64,000 nt of DNA. Source: Candidatus Levyibacteriota bacterium (GTDB taxonomy: Bacteria; Patescibacteriota; Microgenomatia; Levybacterales; UBA12049). The position numbers and the translations under genes were made by a program. The notes under the pieces were generated by a model. The model had not been told where the DNA came from. It ran no database searches and worked only from the letters and a program-made list of their open reading frames with translations. Position 1 is the first letter of the stretch, and each line of letters opens with the position of its first letter. The stretch spans positions 437,549 to 501,548 of the forward strand of contig CAVRKE010000001.1 of the NCBI GenBank assembly GCA_963722305.1, in the 5' to 3' direction. This document shows, one piece after another, positions 8,903 to 18,533 of this stretch.

Positions 8903-9908
8903 TTCTTAAAGCGTTAAGCATTCTGGCGGTAAATGAATTTTGGATTTTCTGGTCTGTTTGCGATTTTGTTCTGTAATTAAGAGAACTTTCGATAACTTGA
9001 GTCTGAACACCTTCTTTTTTTGCTTCTTTCACCGTCCAGCGCGCTTCACCCGACTCGCTGATCGGACCCTCCATATTTTTCAATTTTGGGCTTTGCGTTA
9101 AAGCGTCCGCTACCCGATCGAGCATAAATCCGGAAACCAAACTCCCCTTTTGCCAAAGCGCTGCAACTTTTTGCAGATTAAACTTATACTGCGATTTTTC
9201 CAAGACTGCGAATCCTTCGCCCAAAGACTGCATTATTCCGTACTCAATGCCGTTATGCACCATTTTGACAAAATGCCCTGCTCCGCCTTCACCGAAAAAT
9301 GCATGTCCGCCGTTTGGTTTGGCTAGTGAATCTAGAATTGGTGTGATGTATTGATAGGCTTTTTTTGAACCGCCAACCATTAAGGAATAACCGTTTTCAA
9401 AGGCAACCACTCCTCCACTGACGCCAATACCCAAGAATTCAATTCCCAAATCACGAAGGTACTGATATCGTTTTTCCGAGTCAGAGAAATGCGCATTTCC
9501 GCCGTCAACGACAATGTCGCCTTTTTGTAAGTATTTTCGAACTTCGTCTAGAACACTCTGCGTTGGCTCGCCCGCCGGAAGCATTAACCACAAGACCCGC
9601 GGTTTGGGAAACACTGAGATTAATTCCTGAATAGTTTTGAAAGCGCGGGGAGATACAAAATTTTCGCTGCTAGTTGCATTTTCTTTAAGGGGTGGCGCGG
9701 GTGGAAGGGCTCCCGACAGCGCGTAGTCAGTGAGTCGTGAACGAGCACTGGCGGGAGGGAAACCCGAGACAGGACCCCGCAGTGATTTAATGAAGTCCTG
9801 ACTAACTTTGAAAGTCCGGTTCCAGACAACAATTTCGTGCCCTTCTTCGTACAGTTTTTGGGCGATGCGTGAACCCATTTTCCCAAGACCTAATATTCCA
9901 ATCTTCAT
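8871..9908 (-). CDS. gnd: 6-phosphogluconate dehydrogenase (decarboxylating, short form) with an in-frame MITE-like insertion
   Basis: Rossmann N-terminus MKIGILGLGKMGSRIAQKL, KPRVLWLMLPAGE, IVVDGGNAHF, and a 6PGDH C-terminal domain. A ~45-aa insertion ...PPAPPLKENATSSENFVSPRA is encoded by repeat copy 9643..9780. Confidence 0.8.
   Translation of the reverse strand: MKIGILGLGKMGSRIAQKLYEEGHEIVVWNRTFKVSQDFIKSLRGPVSGFPPASARSRLTDYALSGALPPAPPLKENATSSENFVSPRAFKTIQELISVFPKPRVLWLMLPAGEPTQSVLDEVRKYLQKGDIVVDGGNAHFSDSEKRYQYLRDLGIEFLGIGVSGGVVAFENGYSLMVGGSKKAYQYITPILDSLAKPNGGHAFFGEGGAGHFVKMVHNGIEYGIMQSLGEGFAVLEKSQYKFNLQKVAALWQKGSLVSGFMLDRVADALTQSPKLKNMEGPISESGEARWTVKEAKKEGVQTQVIESSLNYRTKSQTDQKIQNSFTARMLNALRNVFGGHEVKG
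9643..9780. repeat. MITE-like dispersed repeat, copy B; in-frame inside gnd
   Basis: GCGCGGGGAGATACAAAATTTTCGCTGCT...GGGGTGGCGCGGGTGGAAGGGCTCCCGACAGCGCG...CAGGACCCCG; near-identical to copy A. Confidence 0.7.
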
Positions 9909-10225
9909 ACAACCTCTGTTCCGGGAGAAACTTGGGCGGCAGGTTCTAAAAGAACCGTTTTGCCTTCAAAATCAATCGCCATTAACATTCCCTGACTCTC
10001 TTCGCCTTTAAACTTCCTATATTCTAAATTAACGATGAACGGTAGGTTTTTGCCGACCAATTCTTCGGGAGTAAAGGATTCCGCAATGCCCGAAACAATC
10101 TGCCGCTGAAACTCACCAAAATCAACCTGCAGTTTCAACAGCTTATCGGCGCCTACCACTTTCTCACAAGCAGTAATTTTCCCGATTCTTATTTCTACCT
10201 TTTTGAATTCCTCGAATGTAATCAT
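9905..10225 (-). CDS. tRNA-binding protein (CsaA/Trbp111-like EMAP/OB-fold domain)
   Basis: MITFEEFKKVEIRIGKITACEKVVGADKLLKLQVDFGE...GMLMA is a classic Myf/tRNA-binding domain. Confidence 0.75.
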   Translation of the reverse strand: MITFEEFKKVEIRIGKITACEKVVGADKLLKLQVDFGEFQRQIVSGIAESFTPEELVGKNLPFIVNLEYRKFKGEESQGMLMAIDFEGKTVLLEPAAQVSPGTEVV

Positions 10226-10319
10226 AAATTAATTACTAATTATTCTAATTGATCTAATTACTCTAATCAAACCCCAAATCCCAATTATTTAGAAATTAGG
10301 AATTAGGAATTAGAAATTT
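10226..10319. repeat. AT-rich short-period repeat tract (CTAATTNNNC and TTAGGAAT flavours)
   Basis: ttaattactaattattctaattgatctaattactctaatcaaaccccaaatcccaattatttagaaattaggaattaggaattagaaatt. Confidence 0.5.
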
Positions 10320-11780
10320 TTACCCTATCCACTTTCTCCCGTCTTTTTCAATCAGCACGTTTGCTTCTTTTGGTCCCCAGGTGCCGGGCTCATAAACGGC
10401 TATTTCTTCCTGCTCACTTTCTCCGGCGGAGCTGGATCGCGCTTCGCTTGACCAACTGTTTAGAATTTCCGTAATTAACCTCCATGAACTTTCCAATTCA
10501 TCGCTCCGGTTAAACAGCATTTGGTCGCCGGCAAAAATATCCAAAAGAATTCTTTGGTAGGCCTCAAGTCCTTGGGTACCGAAATCCTCTTTGTAATTAA
10601 ATTTCATATCGACCGACCCAAGTCCCAGTTTTGCCCCCGGTTTTTTAGCAATAAATCTAAGCTTTATTCCCTCGTTTGGCTGAATCCTAAACGTAATCAC
10701 ATTACCGATCTCCGGACAACCGTATTCTTTAAATAGAATGTGACAGGTCTGAATAAAAACGACGGAGATTTCGACTATTTCCTTGGGCATTTTTTTGCCT
10801 GCCCTAACGTAAAACGGCACACCGGAAAACCTTGGAGTATCAATAAATAACTTCATTCCGACAAAGGTTTCCGTTTGCGACTTAGAAGCAACGTCTTTTT
10901 CCTGACGGTATCCCTTATATTGTCCTTTCACCACCGATTTGCCTTCGACACATTTGATTGAATCGATGACTTGAGCTCTGGCGTCACGCAGGTCTTCTTT
11001 GGTAAAGCTTCTTGGTTGTTCCATTGCCACTGCGGCCAAAAGCTGCATTAAATGATTTTGCGCAATGTCTCTTAGCTCTCCGATGCCATCAAAAAACTTC
11101 CCCCTGGCGCCAACTCCTTCTTCTTCGGCAAAAGTGATTTGCACATGGTCAATAAAATTTTTATTCCAGACCGGCTCAAAAATTCCGTTGGCAAAACGAA
11201 AAGCCAACATATTCTGCACCGTTTCTTTACCAAGGTAATGGTCCACCCGGAAAATTTGTTTTTCCTCAAAAATCTCGGCCAATTTTTTGTCCAAATTCCT
11301 GGCAGTCTCCAAATCTTTACCAAACGGCTTTTCGATTACTACTCTGGTCCACTTACTCTTTCCAAAGTCTTTAGAGTCATACCCACATCCTTCGGATAAT
11401 TTTGTTTCAACTAATTTATTTAAAATAATTTGGTAATGATCCGGCGGAGTGGCCAGGTAGAAAAAACGGGTGATGCAGGCGCCCATTTTCGCATCAATTT
11501 CCTGCAGTTTATTAGACAATTCTCGATAACCTTTCTCTTCTTCGAAACTTCCCGATTGATAAAAAAGGTGCTTAGCAAAATTTTCCCATTTTGGATCATC
11601 TTTTTGATTTTGAAAGTAATTACGGAATTCTTCTTGACTAATGTCACGCCTGGAAAAACCGATAATAAAAAACTGTTCCGGTAATTGTCCTTCTTTGAAA
11701 AGACTAAATAGCGCCGGAATTAGCTTATTTTGCGCCAGATCGCCGGTGCCCCCAAAAATTATCATGATGAATGGTGTCAT
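10320..11780 (-). CDS. zwf: Glucose-6-phosphate 1-dehydrogenase
   Basis: IFGGTGDLAQNKLIPALF, RVVIEKPFGKDLETA and DHYLGKE are the G6PD signature motifs. Confidence 0.9.
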   Translation of the reverse strand: MTPFIMIIFGGTGDLAQNKLIPALFSLFKEGQLPEQFFIIGFSRRDISQEEFRNYFQNQKDDPKWENFAKHLFYQSGSFEEEKGYRELSNKLQEIDAKMGACITRFFYLATPPDHYQIILNKLVETKLSEGCGYDSKDFGKSKWTRVVIEKPFGKDLETARNLDKKLAEIFEEKQIFRVDHYLGKETVQNMLAFRFANGIFEPVWNKNFIDHVQITFAEEEGVGARGKFFDGIGELRDIAQNHLMQLLAAVAMEQPRSFTKEDLRDARAQVIDSIKCVEGKSVVKGQYKGYRQEKDVASKSQTETFVGMKLFIDTPRFSGVPFYVRAGKKMPKEIVEISVVFIQTCHILFKEYGCPEIGNVITFRIQPNEGIKLRFIAKKPGAKLGLGSVDMKFNYKEDFGTQGLEAYQRILLDIFAGDQMLFNRSDELESSWRLITEILNSWSSEARSSSAGESEQEEIAVYEPGTWGPKEANVLIEKDGRKWIG

Positions 11781-11843
11781 AGTTAAGAAATTATAGAACT
11801 TGAGATGCTAAATATAAAGGGCTATTCTTAAAATAAGCTTTGA

Positions 11844-12548
11844 CTAAACTGACTGATCGGTAATCAGAGTAACTTTTCTCGCAATTTTTTCTTGACTTAA
11901 AAATCGCGCCGGAATTTCGGTGATTGAACCGGGTTTGAAGATTAACTTTAAGGCTTTCTTTTTATCATTGCCAAAAGCTATCACGATTATTTGGTCCAGT
12001 TTCGCCAGTCCCGAAAAAGTCAGCGTAATTCTTTCTTTACACTCTCCCGGAAAATCAGCGAAACAGGTTACTAAGTCAGTGTTATTTGACATTTGAAATT
12101 GGGCACTAGTCATTCCGACCGGTATGCCCGCTGTGTGTCCGTCCGTTCCGATCCCCAAAATCCCCACGCTTTTGGGAAAATGGTTAAACAAAAATCTGAC
12201 GGTTTCATCATAGTCTTTCACTGTTTGCTCGAAATTTTTATTTTCTAAAATCGGATAAAATTTTGTGTTCGATTTTTGTAAATACGACAACAGTTGAGTA
12301 TTTTTTATCATTTCCTCGTTCGTTTGGAATTTGTGATTTGTCATTTGTGATTTGGAGAAATATCTTTCGTCCACCATTGCCACCGCTCCGGGGTTGATTT
12401 TTTTCTCCTTTGCTAATTTTTGATACAAATCTTTCGGAGTGGAACCGCCTGACAAAAACAGCACCGTATTTTTCAACACTAATTTATAAAGCAGCTGTTT
12501 ACAAACCTGAACGCTCTCCTCGGGATTTCTGACATTGATTATTTTCAT
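11844..12548 (-). CDS. pgl: 6-phosphogluconolactonase (SOL/NagB superfamily)
   Basis: LSGGSTPKDLYQKL motif and a NagB/Pgl fold size. Sits adjacent to zwf and gnd. Confidence 0.65.
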   Translation of the reverse strand: MKIINVRNPEESVQVCKQLLYKLVLKNTVLFLSGGSTPKDLYQKLAKEKKINPGAVAMVDERYFSKSQMTNHKFQTNEEMIKNTQLLSYLQKSNTKFYPILENKNFEQTVKDYDETVRFLFNHFPKSVGILGIGTDGHTAGIPVGMTSAQFQMSNNTDLVTCFADFPGECKERITLTFSGLAKLDQIIVIAFGNDKKKALKLIFKPGSITEIPARFLSQEKIARKVTLITDQSV

Positions 12549-13666
12549 TTTGGAATTAGGGGCTGGCCGGTAAAAATCCTGAAGAGATCGTGAAGCGTAA
12601 TTAGGGCGATTAAACCAAGCAAAATTGCCATTCCGATCGCGTGTGCATATCCTTCAATTGTCTGATTAACTTTCTTGCGGAAAATTCCTTCGATTAAAAT
12701 AAACAATAACCTTCCGCCGTCGAGTGCCGGAATCGGCAAAACATTAATGATTGCCAGATTTAAAGATAACAACGACACAAAAGACAGCACCGCAAACGGC
12801 CCGATACTAACAACTGTTCCGGTAAGCTCCGCTATCCCCACCGGTCCGGCCACATCGGAAGGGATGGAACCCTTGGTAAAAATTTGCACCACAATCATTA
12901 CCAAACCGTTAATAATTAAATCTGTTTCGTGCAAAGCTTCTCCTGTTCCGACAAACGGCGCCTGGTACCAGGGATATTTTTTAATGGTCGAGTTTTGTGA
13001 AATTGCTACTCCCATCGGTCCCTCATTGGAAGGATATTTGACTCTCGGTGTTATTTCGACAGTTTTGAGCTTTGAGTTTTGGTTTTTGACCTCAAGTGTC
13101 AGCTTCTGACCAAGATGTTTTTTGGTAATGCTAATTAGCTGGTCTGTGCTGGTTATTGCAGCTCCGTTGATTGACAAAACCGTGTCCCCTACTTTTAGGC
13201 CCGCTTTTTCTGCCGGAGAATTTGGGGCTACTACATCAACACCAACCTTATTACCGGGAATTGGCACACCAACCAGCGAAAATAAAAAGGAAAGTATTAC
13301 TACCGCCAGGGCGAAATTCATAAATACCCCGGCAAAAACCACTACCGCCCTTTGCCAAACCGGCCTTGAGAAGAACGCTCTATCCTCGTCTTTACTTTTT
13401 AACTTTAAACTTTCAACTTTTAAACTTGGTTTGCCCGCTCCTGCTTGGTCTTCCCCGTAAAGTTTGACAAATCCGCCAATCGGTAACCAGTTTATGGAAT
13501 AAATTGTTTCGCCGATTTTTTTGCCAAAGGCGCGGGGCGGAATTCCAAAACCAAATTCTTCAACTTTTATGCCGAAGATTTTGGCGGTAATAAAATGGCC
13601 TGCTTCATGCACCAGTACCAAAACCGAAAGAATGAGGATAAAAACGATTATCGTAACTACTAACAT
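12545..13666 (-). CDS. rseP: RIP zinc metalloprotease RseP (site-2 protease)
   Basis: HEAGHF (HExxH) in the first TM helix, a PDZ domain, and the C-terminal LDGG motif (ALDGGRLLF). Confidence 0.85.
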   Translation of the reverse strand: MLVVTIIVFILILSVLVLVHEAGHFITAKIFGIKVEEFGFGIPPRAFGKKIGETIYSINWLPIGGFVKLYGEDQAGAGKPSLKVESLKLKSKDEDRAFFSRPVWQRAVVVFAGVFMNFALAVVILSFLFSLVGVPIPGNKVGVDVVAPNSPAEKAGLKVGDTVLSINGAAITSTDQLISITKKHLGQKLTLEVKNQNSKLKTVEITPRVKYPSNEGPMGVAISQNSTIKKYPWYQAPFVGTGEALHETDLIINGLVMIVVQIFTKGSIPSDVAGPVGIAELTGTVVSIGPFAVLSFVSLLSLNLAIINVLPIPALDGGRLLFILIEGIFRKKVNQTIEGYAHAIGMAILLGLIALITLHDLFRIFTGQPLIPK

Positions 13667-13701
13667 TATTTAGAGAGTATAGCAGAATAAAGAAGATAAT
13701 C

Positions 13702-14406
13702 TCAAGCCGTTTTGGGAAAAGGGATAATTTCTCTGTATTGCGCTACATTTTGATATCTCCCGCCAAATCTTACCCGGCTTAAAATCTTATCCCCACCATT
13801 AAAACCTCCTGACATTCCGTTCATTTCTCGCGCAATTATGTGTCTTGCAAGCGCTAGCGACAATTCGTCTCCATATACTCCTTCAAAGAAATCGCATGTA
13901 TCCGGATCTTTAAAAGCTTTTGCATAAATTCCGTCTTCTCCGCGTGCCAGACTAAATATACCGTTCCCGTTGTCAAAGGCAAATATTCTTCCTTCTCCTT
14001 TAGAGATGCCAATTTGGGTTGGATAAATAATTCCCACTGTCATTAACGCTTCAGGATTGCCTAAGGGATCCGAAATTGTTACTACGGCACCCGGAGTTTG
14101 TCTGGCTACGCCCATAAATAAATCTACTATTCCTCCTGCCTGAAATTCAGCTAGAATTTCTTGTTGTGCCAGAAGAATTTCAGTCGACTTTGCTGACTTT
14201 TCATGTCTCATAGATCTTCTGACTGCCATTGCCGCTTCATTGGCTTCTCTGTCATCTATTCTGTGCGCCATCATGGGGTGTTTTTTGGTCAGCTTAACTC
14301 CATTTTCAATTAGAGGAACGGACCTCGCTCCTTTATGCGCCATTAAATGATGTCCGCGTTTGTGAGCCAACTCGTAGAACTTTTCTGCTTCTGTTGCTCT
14401 TGCCAT
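13702..14406 (-). CDS. Hypothetical protein, no function recognised; occupies the position where pyrH usually lies between frr and tsf
   Basis: 234-aa ORF with plausible coding character. It lacks the UMP-kinase GGGN motifs. I recognise no motif. Confidence 0.4.
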   Translation of the reverse strand: MARATEAEKFYELAHKRGHHLMAHKGARSVPLIENGVKLTKKHPMMAHRIDDREANEAAMAVRRSMRHEKSAKSTEILLAQQEILAEFQAGGIVDLFMGVARQTPGAVVTISDPLGNPEALMTVGIIYPTQIGISKGEGRIFAFDNGNGIFSLARGEDGIYAKAFKDPDTCDFFEGVYGDELSLALARHIIAREMNGMSGGFNGGDKILSRVRFGGRYQNVAQYREIIPFPKTA

Positions 14407-14456
14407 ATGTAGCCGGAATTATACACTAGAGGACGCTTTATGTAAAGCCAGGGGGG

Positions 14457-15011
14457 TTATATCGCCATCAGTTCTTCTTCTTTTTTCTTACCCATTGCTT
14501 CCAGTTCCGCAATGGTTTCGTCGGTTATTCTTTGGATTTCTTTTTCGGCGTGGAACATTTCGTCTTCGGAAATTGTTTTGTCGTTGAGCTGTTTTTTATA
14601 ATCATTGATGGCTTCATGCCGCACTTGTCTGATTTGGATTTTCCCGCCTTCCAGTTTTTGGTTAACCAAACCCACTAATTGCTGTCTTCTTTCTTCGGTC
14701 AGGGGCGGAATCGAAATCCGGATAATTTGCCCGTCAATCACCGGCGTCAAACCGATATTCCCTTCCATTAATCCCTTGTGGATTTCACCGATAATTGATT
14801 GGTCATACGGGGTAATCACAATTGTCTGCGAATCCTGGGCCGCGATTTGCGCCAGCTCGACCACTTTTAATTTTTGCGTACCGCCGTAGGCGGCGATTAC
14901 CACATTTTCGACCAGTGAAGGCGATGCCCTGCCGGTCCTAACCGTTCCCATGTCAATTTTTATGATATCGACCACCTTCTGCATATTCTGTTTAACCAAA
15001 TCCAAATTCAT
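14457..15011 (-). CDS. frr: Ribosome recycling factor
   Basis: 184 aa; MNLDLVKQNMQKVVDIIKIDMGTVRTGRASPSLVENVVIAAYG... is the canonical RRF sequence. Confidence 0.9.
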   Translation of the reverse strand: MNLDLVKQNMQKVVDIIKIDMGTVRTGRASPSLVENVVIAAYGGTQKLKVVELAQIAAQDSQTIVITPYDQSIIGEIHKGLMEGNIGLTPVIDGQIIRISIPPLTEERRQQLVGLVNQKLEGGKIQIRQVRHEAINDYKKQLNDKTISEDEMFHAEKEIQRITDETIAELEAMGKKKEEELMAI

Positions 15012-15240
15012 AACAGATAAATAATAACAACTAATTAGTGAAAATACAATTGAAAAAATATCAAGGGGTGACGGAGGAAGACAATCTGCTTACAAATGAA
15101 TCGAAAGCCGTCAGATCAAACACTGAATTTATCTAGAGTTTAAAAAAGGCTTTCGTTTAGCGAGCGAGATTTTATGAAATTAAAGCCTGGCGAGCGTCAT
15201 TTGTGAAGCATGATTGCGACCGACGGCAGGACCCGAATTT

Positions 15241-15693
15241 TTAGATTTCGAACCTGGAGAAATCCTGAATGCGGATATTTTCACCCAACTTACCGATAGT
15301 TTGTTTGACTAATTCCTCGATGGTTACCGAGCCATCCCTAATATATTCCTGTTTTAAAAGCGCCTCAACGTTTTTTGGACTCATTGCCGCAATTTGCATC
15401 GCAATTTCGTGGACTAAATGTTTAAAATCATCGGTTCTGGCGACAAAATCGGTTTCACACAGCACTTTAACCAACACCCCGACTTTGCCGTTTTGATGGA
15501 TGTAACTTTCCACCAGTCCCGACGCGGTTTCGCGGTTGGCTTTTTTCTCGGCTCTTTCCACGCCTTTTTTCTTAAGGATTGCAATCGCTTTTTCGTAATT
15601 GCCTTTGGCCTCTTCCAAAGCACTGCGGCAATCCGCGATTGAAACTTGCGTTTCTTCCCTTAACTTTTTAATTTGTCCAATGTCAATTTTCAT
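15241..15693 (-). CDS. tsf: Elongation factor Ts (short form)
   Basis: N-terminal UBA-like IKKLREETQVSIADCRSALEEAKGNYEKAIAILKKKG and the core motif LVKVLCETDFVART. Confidence 0.85.
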   Translation of the reverse strand: MKIDIGQIKKLREETQVSIADCRSALEEAKGNYEKAIAILKKKGVERAEKKANRETASGLVESYIHQNGKVGVLVKVLCETDFVARTDDFKHLVHEIAMQIAAMSPKNVEALLKQEYIRDGSVTIEELVKQTIGKLGENIRIQDFSRFEI

Positions 15694-15719
15694 AATTCTA
15701 TTTTAACATTTATTTAATG

Positions 15720-15837
15720 TGAAGAGGATAAGATTTTCGCAATTCGCACCTTTATACCTTAATAAAAAACGGAATCGCAATAACATAAATTACGAATAAG
15801 AAAATTTTATCATCGAGCAAGTTAGCGACCTCAGCGC
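15720..15837. repeat. MITE-like dispersed repeat, copy G (degenerate)
   Basis: ...GATTTTCGCAATTCGCACCTTTATACCTTAATAAAAAACGGAATCGCAATAACATAAATTACGAATAAGAAAATTTTATCATCGA...GACCTCAGCGC aligns with copy E (46427..46535) and has the same right terminus. Confidence 0.5.
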
Positions 15838-15842
15838 TAAGT

Positions 15843-16763
15843 CTATTCTTTCTTTTTGCTCCTTGTCCCAACTTTTGATTTTTGAACTTTGACTTTTGCC
15901 TTAGGTTCTTTTTTATCGACGGGTTTTTGAATTTTTGCTTTTACCTTCGCAGGTTTTTCACCTTCCGGAATTTCAGTCCCCTTCGGGGATTTCGTCTCCT
16001 TCGGAGCTTCGGCTTTCGCCTCAATTTTCGGCAGCTTTTGCTGCTTAACTCCTTCCACCCAGGCATCCATGATGGCCGAAACAATCAATTTAATTGAGCC
16101 AACCGCGTCATCATTGGAAGGAATCGGATGGTCGATTAAATACGGGTCGGCGTTGGTGTCAACCATCGCAACCGTCGGAACACCGACACTTGAAGCTTCT
16201 CTGACCGCCAAATTTTCCAAGTGCGAATCAACAATAAACAGACAATCGGGTTTTTGTTGCATGCCGACAATTCCTTGGTAGAACGAATCCAGCCTTTGTC
16301 TTTCTTTTTCCCATTGCCCGATTTCTTTTTTTGTATACTTGGCTTTTTCTTCCGGATTTCTAAGTTTTTCTTCCAGGTCCGTCAGTTTTTTAAAATTTTT
16401 GGAAACCTCGCCAAAATTGGTTAACACTCCGCCAATCCATCTTTGGGTAATATAAAATAGTTTGCTAACGCTGTTAAATTTATCATCTTTGAGTAATTCT
16501 TTTACTCTAGTGATTTCCTCATCAATAATTGGTTTTGCCTGTCTTTTTGTTCCCACCACCAGCAAACTCTCTCCTCTTTCGCCCAAACGCCTCACGAATT
16601 CAATCGCTTCGTCCAAGCCTTCCTTGGTTTTGGTCAGGTCAATAATCTGGATATTGTCGCGGTTTTCAAAAACAAAATCCCGCGATTTCGGATTTGAGCG
16701 TGTGACCTGATGGCCAAAATGGCAACCGGCCTCAAGAAGTTCTTCAAGTGTAATTTGTTTCAT
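15843..16763 (-). CDS. rpsB: 30S ribosomal protein S2 with a Lys/Pro-rich C-terminal extension
   Basis: MKQITLEELLEAGCHFGHQVTRSNPK... is the canonical S2 N-terminus. The last ~60 aa are KPEAK-rich. Confidence 0.9.
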   Translation of the reverse strand: MKQITLEELLEAGCHFGHQVTRSNPKSRDFVFENRDNIQIIDLTKTKEGLDEAIEFVRRLGERGESLLVVGTKRQAKPIIDEEITRVKELLKDDKFNSVSKLFYITQRWIGGVLTNFGEVSKNFKKLTDLEEKLRNPEEKAKYTKKEIGQWEKERQRLDSFYQGIVGMQQKPDCLFIVDSHLENLAVREASSVGVPTVAMVDTNADPYLIDHPIPSNDDAVGSIKLIVSAIMDAWVEGVKQQKLPKIEAKAEAPKETKSPKGTEIPEGEKPAKVKAKIQKPVDKKEPKAKVKVQKSKVGTRSKKKE

Positions 16764-16904
16764 AAAGTTTTGTGTTCCTTATTCCCTCGGCTCCGCTCGG
16801 GACCTAAGGGACCGCCACCCGGACGAAGCTTTTAAACTCAGGAACATCTGTCCGGATGTGAGTGATTGCCCTATTATATCTAAAGCTGCGAACAGATGCA
16901 AGAC

Positions 16905-17030
16905 TAAATTCCTAATTGCTCTAATTGACCTAATTATTCTAATCAAATCCCAAATCGTTAATCTTTAATCATTTGGCCATTGGTCATTGATTAGAAATTA
17001 AGAATTAGAAATTAGGAATTATCCTTCCTT
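16905..17030. repeat. AT-rich short-period repeat tract at the left edge of the surface-protein island
   Basis: cctaattgctctaattgacctaattattctaatcaaatcccaaatcgttaatctttaatcatttggccattggtcattgattagaaattaagaattagaaattaggaatt. Confidence 0.5.
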
Positions 17031-17084
17031 CCACCCTTGACAATCTTTTCCCAATCTACTACCTTTAGTTCATAAGCTATTATT

Positions 17085-18392
17085 TTGATGAGAAAAACTC
17101 TTCTTAAATTTTTATTGTCTGCCCTCTTTTTACTGGTCGCCTTCTCATTCTTTTCGCAAAAAACAATTGGCAACGGTAGTGGTAGCTCCGCTAGTGATAA
17201 CACTTGTACCGGGACTAATAATGTTTGCAAACAATACTCTGCTACCGGTTACACCGATTGCACTCTAGATGATAATAATGGCACCTCTAGTCAAGGCGCT
17301 TCTTGCGGTGCTTCCGACGAACAAAATGGCATTCGCTGTTACACCTGCACCGGCTGCGGTAAAGCGCCTGTCACCTGTGGCAACGGACAAACAAATGTTA
17401 ACGGAAAATGTGTGCCAAACTGCCCGACAAGTGGCACAAGCCCCACTGCCTATTGTAGTTATGGCACTCCGACTGACCCCCAAGCAAAAGCCTTAACTCA
17501 ATACACCTGCGATTATCAAGCCGGTGGCAGCAGCAGCATGATATGTTATGGCTGCAATACTGGATATAACCTGGTCAATAACGTCTGCACTAAACCGCCT
17601 GTAAATAATCCCACCCCCACTCCTACTTCTAAGCCCACTCCTACATCTACCCCCACTCCCACTTCTATGCCAACCCCTACTGCTAACCCTACTCCCACCC
17701 CAACCCTTACCCCTACTCCAACCGTCACTCCCACGCCGACTCTTACTCCTACCCCGACTCTTACTCCCACTCCCACCATCCCTCCTACACATACAATTTT
17801 AAATCTGACTGTCGGGCTGGACGGAATTGGCCATGTCGGCGACCGGGCCAACCCGGACTGGACTGCAAAATATAATGCCGCCGGCTCCAACCAAAATCCA
17901 CTCACCAATCCGCGGACTTTTACGATTAACGTTAGTGGTACCAACTACACCACCTCACTAAGTTTTGACCAAACCAACGGCGTTTATACGGGCACCGCTG
18001 ATTTAGGTACGGCTTTTACCACCGGCGATTATATTGTTAAGATTTCCACCGACGGGCATTTGGTAAAAGCAGTCACGGGCTCTGTCAGCGGCGGGCTAAT
18101 GCATATTGTCTCCGGAGTTTCTACTAATACCGCTCCCCAAGTCAACTTGGTTACCGGAGATATTACGGGAGACAACAGTACAACCCCCGACAATAAACTT
18201 GATGTTTTAGATTATAATATTCTTATCAGTTGTATTAAGGACCCTGATATCAATGATTTTGATAATCAGGCAACTTGCGACGAAAATGCAAATTATATTA
18301 AACGATCTGATTTGGAAGACAACGGCGTAGTTGATAAATACGATTATAATTTATTTATCCGGGAATATTCGGAAGTACAAAATGGGGATTGA
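17085..18392 (+). CDS. Secreted Cys-rich protein with a Pro-Thr linker and a C-terminal dockerin-like Ca-binding repeat pair
   Basis: Signal peptide; ~150-aa Cys-rich N-domain; a (PTPT)n linker of ~60 aa; C-terminal [27 protein letters not shown] and [21 protein letters not shown] segments resembling two dockerin repeats. Confidence 0.5.
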   Translation: MMRKTLLKFLLSALFLLVAFSFFSQKTIGNGSGSSASDNTCTGTNNVCKQYSATGYTDCTLDDNNGTSSQGASCGASDEQNGIRCYTCTGCGKAPVTCGNGQTNVNGKCVPNCPTSGTSPTAYCSYGTPTDPQAKALTQYTCDYQAGGSSSMICYGCNTGYNLVNNVCTKPPVNNPTPTPTSKPTPTSTPTPTSMPTPTANPTPTPTLTPTPTVTPTPTLTPTPTLTPTPTIPPTHTILNLTVGLDGIGHVGDRANPDWTAKYNAAGSNQNPLTNPRTFTINVSGTNYTTSLSFDQTNGVYTGTADLGTAFTTGDYIVKISTDGHLVKAVTGSVSGGLMHIVSGVSTNTAPQVNLVTGDITGDNSTTPDNKLDVLDYNILISCIKDPDINDFDNQATCDENANYIKRSDLEDNGVVDKYDYNLFIREYSEVQNGD

Positions 18393-18533
18393 GCGAAGCC
18401 GAGTCTGACTCGGCGAAAGCAAAATTCTGAGCGAACGAAGTGAGTCGAAGAACTGATATAATGATAAAGGATTAATAATGAATGAATTCTTTAATCTGTA
18501 ATCAAAAATCATTAATCAAAAAAGGACTGCCCT

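Noticed and set aside
17546-17944. Minus-strand ORFs (132 and 99 aa) rich in GVGV/RSRS repeats
   Set aside because: They are antisense to the (PTPT)n linker of the 17085..18392 gene; a low-complexity artefact.
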